Shown: piece by piece, positions 23,519-33,732 of the stretch
How positions within the stretch are numbered: position 1 is the stretch's first letter
Layout of the letters: each line of letters opens with the position of its first letter
Origin: Dudresnaya verticillata
Lineage: Eukaryota
Assembly (NCBI GenBank): GCA_977862235.1
Contig: OZ374564.1
Span: 248,001-312,000 of the forward strand
Direction: 5' to 3'
DNA length: 64,000 nt
The notes under the pieces: model-generated
What the model saw: the letters and a program-made list of their open reading frames with translations, nothing else
The model's database searches: none
What the model was told of the DNA's origin: nothing
Translations under genes and position numbers: made by a program

Positions 23519-25372
23519 ATGACCCAGTCCATCCTCGCCTCGGTCGCCCACGACGCCTCGCTCTTGCGCTGGCTGCACAGCCATGACCCGGACCGCAACA
23601 TCACCCCGGACATCCTGCACGTCTCGGCCACGTACACTTCGTTCGTCGTTCCGCCGCGCCCTGATGCCGCCGCCACCGCTGCTGCGCCCGCCTCCGAGCC
23701 CGCCGCCGCGCCGCCCCCACCGGTGTCGTCGCTCTTCGTCCCCATGTATAACCGCTCGCATTTCGTCCTGGGCCAGCTGTACGGTCCGATGTCGCCCAAC
23801 GCAATGGCCCTCAACCTCCTCGCCCAGGCCGGCTACGGCCATGCGCCCGACCCGATCTCGCGCCGCTTCGTCGTTGACCTCTCGTTCCGCGACTCGCTGC
23901 AGTTTATAGAGTATGAGTGGTTCTCGGACGGCAAGCTCTGCGTCTCCATCCACACCATCTCCTCTCGCGGCCGCTACTCGGGCAAGTCCACTCTCATGGC
24001 CCCACCGGCTACCGCCCCCGCCCCGTCCACCCCGCTGCAGAAGCACCATCTCGTTGAGGGTGTCACGCAGCGCCCGCACACATCGCGCGAGATCATGACC
24101 CTCTGGTTCACCCAAAACTCCCAAGCGTGCGCTGCATGCGCCGCCGCGGATGGCTCGTGCAACTGCGCACTCCCAGAGGGCTCCTCGGGGCCGCCCGAGC
24201 AGCCCTTTGAAGCTCCCACCGACTGGATGAGCTGGCTTGCGGCTTTTGGCCGCAGCCGCATGGGCCTGGCGGATATGACCGTTCGCTTCTCCATGGCCAC
24301 CCCGGCTGGCCCCATGTCCGACGAGCGCAAAGTCCGTCTGCATCAAACCTGCGAACTCGGTGTATCCCAGTCCCACTCACAGGGTAATTTGCTCGCGAGG
24401 ATGTTCATGGATTCGGCGGGCATGCTTGTGTCGCATCCCAACACAGACAACCTCGTGCTAGCCGCCGAGGAAAAGCGCGACCGCATTGAGCTTGCGAATC
24501 AGCTCTCTGAAGAAGATGACACCTGGGTTTCGCCGCGCGTCTTCAGCTTGGACACTAGCGACGCTGGCCCGCAACCGGTTATCGAAATGCTCACGGATGG
24601 CACGTATGAAAGTCCTCTCGAATCTGCACATCGAGCGTCAGATGGCTGGTCGCTAGGACACGCCTCGAACGGCATACCGAATGATGTATTGCCACAGAGA
24701 TGTGCGCAAGAGACGCAGCACACATATGGTGCAACTAACGGCGCTGTGTATAGCATAGGTGTCAGTGCGCCGTCTGCGACGCGGTACCCAACTCAATGGA
24801 GACAAGACGCAGGTTTGGACAGGACCCCACGAGTCCAGAAAGTGTCACGCGTTACAAAGAGAAAAGGGAAGCAAGGAGACAAGCTCTTCGCCTGCGAGTG
24901 CGGCAAAGTTTTCACGCACAAGGGTCACTACAACGAACATAGGCTTTGTGTACACGAGAAGGTCCGGCAACATCGTTGCCTTTTTGTGAACTGTCAAAGG
25001 TATGTCGGTCTCTTATGCTTGACTATTGTCCGTCGCGATATGAGTACAGTTGTCGTCGAGTCTTCTGTCATGGTTGAGCGCTACTAACTTTGTCTGCTTA
25101 TGTACGATGCAATGGCACCATTCTTGCGTGCGCTCCACAGTCGTTTCTTCAAGAAGTCAGATAGGGACCGCCACATGCGGTCGAAACATGATTCTTCACG
25201 AGTACTGTGCTCCGTTTGTGAAGCCGTTTTCGCAGACAAGGATTCTCTGGACTTGCATAGTGAGAACGAACACCCAAGTAAGGGCAAGTTCGCGTGTGCC
25301 AATTGTGCGTTATCATACAACACGCAGGATGGTCTTCGCCTTCATATGCCGAACTGTCGAACGGCATCATGA
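23519..25372 (+). CDS. C2H2 zinc-finger protein; exons 23519-24999 and 25141-25372
   Basis: Start at MTQSILAS. Intron 25000-25140 has a GTATGT donor, an ACTAAC branch at ~25083 and a CACAG acceptor. Splicing restores the finger HRCLFVNCQSRFFKKSDRDRHMRSKH. Four C2H2/C2HC fingers lie at the C-terminus. Confidence 0.88.
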
Positions 25373-25484
25373 CGTAGATTAAACCACAACAAAATCATCA
25401 TTCATGCGGACCACCCATTCTGTAGAAGTGTGATAGCAGCGAACGGATTATACGATGTACAGGGGTACGGACACAGGATTCGGA

Positions 25485-28400
25485 TCAGCCTGTACCTTCA
25501 AGGATCTCGAGGGCTTGTTCCGACACGTCCTGGTTCTGCAATTCGCCCTTCAGTCCCAGTACTGTTGTCACCGCCTGATGTTCATCCTTTGCCACTCCCT
25601 TTCCTGTCGTAAGACACCTAGCTTGGGCAACACCAGCTCGTCTGCATGCCTCCCATTCCACAGTACCCTTATCAAAACGAGAGGAAATATTTGCCGCACG
25701 ACAATAATATCCGTATGCTTCTTCGTGCTGACCCAGCTCTTCGTAAATCAAGCCCAGGTTGTACAGCGCCTTCGGAAACGGCCCATCTTTGACACGCAGG
25801 TATGAGTCCATCTCTGTTCGACGGAGTTCCTTGTTGGCCTCAGCAACATTTGAGAATCTCCGTTGCGCTGAAACTAGCAGCCCATAGTTTTCGTGGAGCG
25901 TCTCTCGTTCCGGGATGACGCCATAGTGGTACCCATTGTCACAGTTATACGCACTCATGGCTTTGTCATACTTCTTCTTTGCAGTCGCCATGAACTTTGC
26001 TGATTCTTCAGCGCTAATGCCTTTCGTCCGTGCCCTTCTCTGGGCGATATTTCCTCGTAGCTGATAAACATTTGCGGTTTGCTCGGTCTCCTCACGTTCC
26101 TTTCTGGTGGCCAACGCTTTCTTGGCGTACTTCTCAGCTTCTTCATACCTATTGACCTTCGCCGACACAATAGCCATATGATGGTACGCACTTGCAATCG
26201 CCCTTTCATCCTTTTGTTCCTCGTACAAGACTCGGGCCTCCTCATGATACTTCATCGCATTGTCGTAGTCCCCTTCTTCTGCCGCTAGCAGACCCAAGTT
26301 GTGCAGAGTTCTTGATCGTCCGAGTCGATCGCTTAGTTTTAAGGCCTTCATGTAGTGCAAGCGGGCTTTAGCATACTCGCGTTTATTCATGGCAACCCAG
26401 CCTAGCTCGTGTTCTGTCACAGCTTGTTCACTACGATTACCACATGTTGTCCAGATTTTCCTTGTCCTGATGAACCATTTTTCCGCTTCGTTGATCTTTT
26501 TCAACCGATCGTGTCCGAGCAACATACCGTATATGTGATATGTCCTTGGGATATCCAGTCGGTAGACTTCTGATGCAGCTGGGATATCGCCATATCGTTC
26601 AAATGTACCAATCTTTTCGACTGTCCGTGTACACAATGCATAACGTTGGGTAATATCATTCTTGGCCGCGAGATACCAATACAGTGGAAGGAGGAGCCCG
26701 TAGAATGCTTGCTTCTCTTCTAGGGCATATTTCAAAGCTCTCTTCAAGTTCCAGAATTCAATTTCAGTCATCACCCGCCCGCCGTCTTGGGTCGCCTTGT
26801 CCGAGCTTCGCAGATAGTCGAAAAGCTGCAGCGCCCATTTCCAATAGGCAACATGCATAGGCTTGAGCATTGGACGCAAAACGGCTTCTTTTTCCACGGG
26901 TTCTAATCCACCGTTTCCACGCTCAGAGCTGGCATCCTCTAGCGTGCCCTTGGACTTCGATGCTTGGGTATAACAAAGCTTCGACATTAATAGCGCGGAC
27001 AGACACGCATGAATACGCCAGGCCTTCTGGCTGTGATGCCTCCCCATTCGTTCGTGATGTGTAAGAAGCCCCCAACGTACCGCCATCTGAATCGCAGAGT
27101 CCCATGCGTTCCGATCAAAGTTCAACCCCTGCGAGTCATGTTCCAGTGCGTCTGCATAGTGCCTCAGCCCCTCGGCTGTAACAGATCCTTTGAAAGGGGC
27201 AAGAAAGAAAAGAGCCTCTTGTTGTGAAGTTGATAGCAGGTTGAATGAATATTCCACACTTCGCATCACACTCGTCGACGCGGAAGGGTTTGCAAGATAC
27301 TTTTGCATCCGTTCGTACACGTCTTCTGGGGGTGGCGTATTTCCAGCTTCGAGAGCTGCCCGGAAGCTGCTTACCATCAACTGGATTACAAGCGGATTTC
27401 CAGCGTACAGATCCAACATTTGGTAGGAATACAAAGGAGCGTACTTCGGATCTGACCGGTCCCCATGGTCGTCCAAAATTTGCTTCACTAGCTCCCCTGC
27501 CCACTTCCCAAGGTCTCCAATATGCCGACTTGGATACTTGCCAACAATTGTTGCGAGGTCTAGCTTGTTCGATTTGTGCTCAATGTATTTCATCAGGTCA
27601 CACTGTGAACTTCCTCGAAACCCGACCAGGACAATGGTACGTCCGCCCTGCAGCTCTGATAACCATCTTGCGATCTTTTCCCGGACGTGTGTTCGTGGAC
27701 TTTTGTCCCGCGTCCTGGCCTTACTTTCCCTTGCCCGCTCTTTCGCCTCTTCCGAATCGCTTTCGTATTCGCTAACGTACTGGGCAGGCAGCGATTCGTA
27801 GCCTACCAGCCTTTCACCCTCCCGATTACACAACCTTTCTGCACTGTCAATGACGATAACATAACAGTGCTCCCGGAGGTGCTCTGTCACTCTACGGCGA
27901 TCCTCTTGTATCCGCGTTTCCGAAGCATTTGTAGGGTCATAGTTCTCAACATTGAAGATCTGCCTTTGAATATGCCATATCATGCCTTGCAGGGTGAAAG
28001 GTCGTTCATGCATTCGAAATATAAACTTGTCCCGCACGAGCCCAGTGACACACCACCACCAGGACACGTAGGTAACAAAGGCTGTTTTCCCGCATCCCAT
28101 CATGCCATGGAGGAGAATGATGTTATCTGCTCTGTCGTGAGAAAAGACTTTGCACTCCAGCATGCGCAAATCTTCGTTTCGGCCGAGAAAAGTCTTTTCG
28201 TCAACCGCTTCTGTGATCAGAAGATTCTTACGCTTCACATTTAGTTCGCTGTCCTCCCATACCCGAGCTTTTTCCATAGGAGTGTCTGTTTGGAGCGCTG
28301 CCTCCTCCCAGCTGCATCGCGAAAACAACCCTGTCTGTTGTGGGCATGGCAATGCGCGCTCAAAAAGCTGGGGAAGCCACCAATCCTGCCTCTCAATGAT

Positions 28401-29495
28401 TCCCTGTACTCCCCTTCGCTGCGGATTTTCATACATTGCCCGACGACCACTGCGCGTAGCAGAGCGCACAGTCCGCTTTCCTCTCTGGTCAGTCATGGCA
28501 TGGTAAAACTCATGAACGAAGCGTGCAGTGGTGTCCACAAGAACCGAAAACGCCATGGCAACGACGCACTGCACATTGCTCTTCGAAAATAGCTCGTAGG
28601 CAAAGCTTGGTTTCCCACTCTTTGTCATCCCAGAACGACAGGCGCTTGTGAGGACGACCGGGATCTTGAAGTCATCCACAATGCCGGCAATGTCATCCGC
28701 GGAGACAGTGGTGTAGTGCGCACGCTCTGTCTCCAGGACCAGGCGGTTACTGTCTGTGTCGTACGTAGGCCCAAAAGAATTGTCGCCATCTGCCCCATGA
28801 CAATCCAGGTGCAGGATGTGGTAGAAGCCACGCTTGACCTGTTCCAGCTTGTCCTGTAGGGCATCGAAGGTACCAGGCCGAACGAGATCAAAACGCAAGG
28901 GCAGGTCATGGTCGCGGACGCTGTCCATCACAGCAAGACTCTCAATCCGAAGTGGGATATCCTTTTCATCCGTGCGTTGGCGTGCGGTTAGAAAGAGGAC
29001 GTTGAGGGTTGGATAAGACTCCATCCGATGAGGCACGGCACCACTCTGCGCATGGACAGGGACAGCGCGGACAAGGCATCTGTTCACGTCGAGGGCGACG
29101 GGACCACGAATGGGGTCGTGCAGCAGCTCCCAGTGCAAAGCACAGAAGCGTGCCGAGCCGATAATTCGAACAGTGATAACACGGTCTGTAGGAAGAGCAG
29201 TGTGGGGCTGGGAGAAGACCTGGTTGTACAGGTCCTCACCGTAGTCTTGCATGGAACGCTTGACACGATGCAGGCGCGGGGAGACGGAGAAGGGCTCTCG
29301 ATCGGCAGTCTCGCAGTACCATTGCAGCTCCTCCTCTTCTGCGGTGCTGGTGAACGGGGAGCGGACACGGACCGGGGTGCAATGGCTCTGCGGGGTAGTG
29401 CCGGTGACCTCGACAGAGAAGGAGTCATCTTCAGAGTGGAAGGCGATCTCGCGGACGGTTATCTCGACCGTGGGGGCGTGCGGGGTGATGCACAT
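25485..29495 (-). CDS. NLR-like protein: CHAT (caspase/HetF-like) protease + STAND P-loop NTPase + TPR/Sel1-like repeats, ~1336 aa, intronless
   Basis: First ATG at 29495 (the track start at 29549 is non-ATG). CHAT motifs LHWELLHDP, YHILHLDCHG (His), VVLTSACRSG (Cys), VVAMAFSV and WWLPQLF. NTPase motifs FLGRNEDL, Walker A GMMGCGKT, Walker B VIVIDSAE and AGNPL. TPRs such as QAVTEHELGWVA, SRTLHNLGLLAAEEGDYDNAMKYHEEA and ASAYHHMAIVS. Confidence 0.9.
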   Translation of the reverse strand: MCITPHAPTVEITVREIAFHSEDDSFSVEVTGTTPQSHCTPVRVRSPFTSTAEEEELQWYCETADREPFSVSPRLHRVKRSMQDYGEDLYNQVFSQPHTALPTDRVITVRIIGSARFCALHWELLHDPIRGPVALDVNRCLVRAVPVHAQSGAVPHRMESYPTLNVLFLTARQRTDEKDIPLRIESLAVMDSVRDHDLPLRFDLVRPGTFDALQDKLEQVKRGFYHILHLDCHGADGDNSFGPTYDTDSNRLVLETERAHYTTVSADDIAGIVDDFKIPVVLTSACRSGMTKSGKPSFAYELFSKSNVQCVVAMAFSVLVDTTARFVHEFYHAMTDQRGKRTVRSATRSGRRAMYENPQRRGVQGIIERQDWWLPQLFERALPCPQQTGLFSRCSWEEAALQTDTPMEKARVWEDSELNVKRKNLLITEAVDEKTFLGRNEDLRMLECKVFSHDRADNIILLHGMMGCGKTAFVTYVSWWWCVTGLVRDKFIFRMHERPFTLQGMIWHIQRQIFNVENYDPTNASETRIQEDRRRVTEHLREHCYVIVIDSAERLCNREGERLVGYESLPAQYVSEYESDSEEAKERARESKARTRDKSPRTHVREKIARWLSELQGGRTIVLVGFRGSSQCDLMKYIEHKSNKLDLATIVGKYPSRHIGDLGKWAGELVKQILDDHGDRSDPKYAPLYSYQMLDLYAGNPLVIQLMVSSFRAALEAGNTPPPEDVYERMQKYLANPSASTSVMRSVEYSFNLLSTSQQEALFFLAPFKGSVTAEGLRHYADALEHDSQGLNFDRNAWDSAIQMAVRWGLLTHHERMGRHHSQKAWRIHACLSALLMSKLCYTQASKSKGTLEDASSERGNGGLEPVEKEAVLRPMLKPMHVAYWKWALQLFDYLRSSDKATQDGGRVMTEIEFWNLKRALKYALEEKQAFYGLLLPLYWYLAAKNDITQRYALCTRTVEKIGTFERYGDIPAASEVYRLDIPRTYHIYGMLLGHDRLKKINEAEKWFIRTRKIWTTCGNRSEQAVTEHELGWVAMNKREYAKARLHYMKALKLSDRLGRSRTLHNLGLLAAEEGDYDNAMKYHEEARVLYEEQKDERAIASAYHHMAIVSAKVNRYEEAEKYAKKALATRKEREETEQTANVYQLRGNIAQRRARTKGISAEESAKFMATAKKKYDKAMSAYNCDNGYHYGVIPERETLHENYGLLVSAQRRFSNVAEANKELRRTEMDSYLRVKDGPFPKALYNLGLIYEELGQHEEAYGYYCRAANISSRFDKGTVEWEACRRAGVAQARCLTTGKGVAKDEHQAVTTVLGLKGELQNQDVSEQALEILEGTG

Positions 29496-30341
29496 CTCTG
29501 GGCGGTTATCGGGGAACTTGTGGGCGAGGCAAGATAGGGAGGGCCGCAACTGCAGGGATCATAGCAAGCGGTAGTAGCATGAGGGGACACAGAACCAGGC
29601 AGTGGCAAGGCGTTGTGGTTCGGCTGCTTTCGCTTGGACCTCGACAAAACCTTGGTCTGTGCCCGGCTGCTGCTCGCGAAAGAATCTTGTGCCAAATAGG
29701 CACGCCGATGCGCTAGCGAGGAGTGTCCGGCTTTCCGTTCGCTGCGCTGCCCGCGTGCTGTGCCTCTTACTCCGCTCTCATTTCGACTTGTAGAAAAGCA
29801 CTTATTTTCCCCAGTTTTCTGTAAATGCGCCATTTGCCGTCTTCTTTTTTTCCCCAATCTCCCATAATCTCGTCATGTGCTGCATTCGCTTTTCCATGCG
29901 GTGTCTATAAGCAAGTGGTAATTAACCCGTAATTACAAATTCTCTTTTCCGGAATACAATTGAAAAACATTCCCGATTTGCTCTGATCATGCGCGTCTAA
30001 TTTTTTCCCGAAAAAATTGCGCTAGGGCTTCAGCGCGCAGTCCCACCGTCGGCGGCAGGCGATCCATTCTTCTTCGCTCGCTCGTCATCCCAAGCTGTTT
30101 TCAACGTACACACCTTCCTCTGGTACACTTCCATTACGCCCGACATTCAAGCTCCCCCAACCCTCCCCCCATTCTACAACGCACCGCGTCACGAGGTGTT
30201 CGCCCGTCGTTCTGCAAGCGCGTCCCTCCCTTCACCGAGCCCCTCGTGTGCCCCGCGGATTTGGATCGGCGTCGTCAAGTTTTGCCCTCTCAGCTCGCGG
30301 ATCAAGAAGTGTTCCCACAGCACTAGCCCAGCACAGCCAAG

Positions 30342-30731
30342 ATGCGTATGTCCGTGCTCGGTGACGCGCTCAAGACCCTCTCCAATGCGGAGAAGCGCGG
30401 AAAGCGTCAGGTTCTTCTGCGCCCGTCCTCCAAGGTTATCGTCAAGTTTCTGCAGGTCATGCAGTCGCACGGCTACATCGGCGAATTCGAGGTAGTGGAT
30501 GATCACCGCGCCGGCAAGATTGTCGTCAACCTCATCGGCCGTCTCAACAAATGCGGTGTCATCTCACCGCGTTTTGACGTTGGCGTGACCGAGATCGAGC
30601 AGTGGGTCACTAACCTGCTTCCGTCCCGTCAGTTTGGCTACGTCATGCTCACGACGTCCTATGGTATCATGGATCATGAGGAGGCTAGGCGAAAGCATAC
30701 TGGTGGCAAGATTCTCGGCTTCTTTTACTAG
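30342..30731 (+). CDS. RPS15A: 40S ribosomal protein S15a (uS8)
   Basis: [30 protein letters not shown]...[36 protein letters not shown]...[11 protein letters not shown]. Confidence 0.99.
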   Translation: MRMSVLGDALKTLSNAEKRGKRQVLLRPSSKVIVKFLQVMQSHGYIGEFEVVDDHRAGKIVVNLIGRLNKCGVISPRFDVGVTEIEQWVTNLLPSRQFGYVMLTTSYGIMDHEEARRKHTGGKILGFFY

Positions 30732-31420
30732 CTTCCTCGCGATTACATGTAGACGCCTTCGTGTGTTCTAACTATGTGCAGGAGCCATTAAATGACTTGC
30801 GCATTGCAAAGTCTGCTCACTTTCGAATTACGCCCCTCGGATTTCTCCAGTTTCCATGTGTTCCCCTCGCGAATCTTCTTGTTTTTTTTTCTAAGTCGTC
30901 AGAGTGCTGTGCAATGACGCAATGCGTCTATCAAGTTCGAGCAGCTGGAAGCGCTTCGCTCTCTAGACAATCCATCTGCTGGTAACAGCCACGCCCACTG
31001 AGCAGCAGAGATGTGGGTTACTAGGTTTGTATTCCCGAGCGTTGGGATTGAGGCGAATAATCGCATCAGTGCCATGTCCCCTTCACAGCAGCTCCTTGCG
31101 ATCTGGGGATTCACGGCATCGTTCGTAAACTGCTAGTGCCCCTTTACGGGGTTTAACAGTAAAGCACAGATCGACTACAGTACAGATCGACCAGACGTTT
31201 ACTCACTTTCCGAAGAGATGAAAAGTTTAAAGAGTCGAGTAGACGTAAACCCTACTGTCGCTGAAAGCGCTCTTCTCTGCCATCACTCATGCTTTCTAGC
31301 CTCAATGTGGCCGCAACTCCACGAAATCTATGGAGCGTGGGCACATGGGTCCTGGAGCGCATAATGCTTCAAAATCTCTTTGCCCTGCATAGACGTGTGA
31401 TATGGAACACCGTTTGACAT

Positions 31421-33732
31421 CTAAGTAGAGCGACCTTGACGCTGCGAAGCTCTTCTACGAGACTTCGGTGCAGCAATTCTCTTCTTGTCGACTGGACAGC
31501 ATCCATTGTACGTAAGCCACTCTGCAACAAACAAAGAATAAGAAACATAAAGTTAGCACAGAGTCTAGGATAATTCTCACCCGTACATGAAGATGATTCA
31601 AGAAACGACAACTTACCATCAATACAAGCCCGATGATACTTATGAGAGCATGGAAGAACTCGAAGCTCTTCACCCTCCTTCACGTCGCACATACAAATGC
31701 AGCAGCGGATTTCTTTGTCCGCAGCGGTTGCCTTAATCACAGGCAGAGCACCAATCTGGTCACTGTCAGCACGGTTCTTCTCCCTGATCAACTGCTCGTC
31801 AAGGCGAATAAGCTGCTCGTAGTCCAAGCTTTGGTCGGAAGAAATACCGGCCATCATTCTCAAGTCCGCGCTAATTCCTCCGACGAAATGCATATACCCA
31901 CCACCCATATGGAAAGCGCGCGAGCCATAGCGTCTGCGAAGGGCATTGCTAGCTGCAGTTGACAAGCCCATTGTACCTGCCCTTCTCCGCTGAAGGCCCT
32001 CTGTGTTCGAAGCGGACGAACCAGGAACCTGTCGCACACGCACGGGCCCATCTCCGTAATAGGTGTGCACCGGAGGACCCTGTACCAATGCACTCGCACC
32101 ATCGAAATGTCTAACAGCCGAGCGTCGTACGTGCGGAGCAGAGGAACCATGCCCCTCTCGAGTCCCCGCTCCCGTCATATTGCCAGCAGCAGACGCCTGC
32201 ACACCCCTCGGCTGGACCCTAGCTGGCTGTGAAGGTCCACTCTGTGCACGCGCGAGAACGCTACCCCGTGAGTAGTCCTCACGCGAAAGATGTCTACGAC
32301 GCGTGTCTGATGCGTTCCGACGACGCACAGCTGGTCTTGCAGTCGACGACGGACCGCCAGAACGCTCAGTCGGAGTCTGCGTGTCAACCGGAGAGGTGGG
32401 AGCGTCAGTCCCAAAGAAGGCGCTTAGAGCTGCCGCATGTGCATCCTGTATCCATTCCAAGAAGAAATCTTCCGCTTGACCTTGACCAGTATGCACTGCA
32501 TTATTCGCAGGGCCTGCGACAGATTGCCCTGCCGACCCAGTGTTTGGCAATCCGGCGCTAGCGCGTACATGGGCAGCAAACTGGGATGCATGATCATTCC
32601 CAACAGGAGGAGTGGCAACAGAAGCTGCCACACCCGTGCGGGCTGATCCGACCCGTGTGGAACCCGCACGGCCTCGACGAGCCCTAAGAACTGGCCCAGT
32701 ATAGCGCGAAGCGCTAGCACCGCCTTCGCCAAGGCCCGCGAGAGACGGCAAAGACTGCGCCGGAGGGCGATGCGAAGAACGAGTGGCGGGAACGGCTGGG
32801 GCATTGCTACGAACGCGAGCGGACGGTCGACGGGCATCAAGAAAGGCTTCTTCTTCCTGGAAACGCGCGAACAAACCGGCATGAAGAGAAGGCGCCGGCG
32901 GTGAACCAAGATGATCGGTGTTCGGCTGGACTGGACTGACATCCACCTCCACATTCGGCGGAATAACAATCTCAACGCCATCGGTGGAGATACGCGGAGA
33001 CCTTGGGATATGCGGGACGATAGAAGACGAAGAGCTAGACCGGACGAGTCCATTCGGAAGAGCAGACAGAGTAGGAGTGATGCGGTCAGCTTCTAGAGGA
33101 GTCGGAAGCGCAACGGGAAGAGGCATGTTCATCCTGGTCGGTAACGGGGACCTCGGGCCACGACGGCGGGAGGGGTAGCGAGTCGAGCGAAGGACAACAG
33201 GCTCGGTGTCATCATCGTCATCGACAACAATAACATTGGGGTCGGCACTTGGGGCCGGGGCAGACGAGCGGGCAGACGAGCGGGCAGACGAGCGGGTCTG
33301 CGAGGGCGCATCTCTGCGGCGGCGCTTGCGAGGACTGTCCTCGACGACAATGGGCTCGGCCGTGTCATCCGCGGTTGCTGCGCGGCGCGGAGACGGGGAG
33401 GAGCGGCGCAGCGGGGTGACGGGCGCGCGGTGCGGGGCCGTGCGCAGGTCGTTCGGGGTGGAGATGAGGTCGATGACGTCTTCTTCCGCTGCGCGCGAGC
33501 GCGTGCGCGGCGGGGAGTGAGTGTGCTGCGAGTGGGTAGCAGGCCTGCGCAGCGAGGTAGGGTGCGACGAAACCGGGCGCGGCTCGGGGTCTGCCGCGGC
33601 AGACGCGGGCGGGTTGTGGGCGTAGTGGCGGCGTAGACGCTGCGGGCGCGGCGGGGTGGGAGAGCCGTCCACGACGATGACGTCCTGGGCCGAGGCCGAG
33701 GCCGGGGCCGGGGCCGGGGCAAGCGAAGACAT
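31421..33732 (-). CDS. RING-H2 E3 ubiquitin ligase with N-terminal SUMO-interacting motifs (738 aa); exons 33732-31617 and 31521-31421
   Basis: YEQLIRLDE...CCICMCDVKEGEELRVLPCSHKYHRACID. Intron 31522-31616 (GTAAGT, GCTAAC, GCAG); splicing completes the RING with EWLTYNGCCPVD and stops at TAG 31421-31423. Confidence 0.88.
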
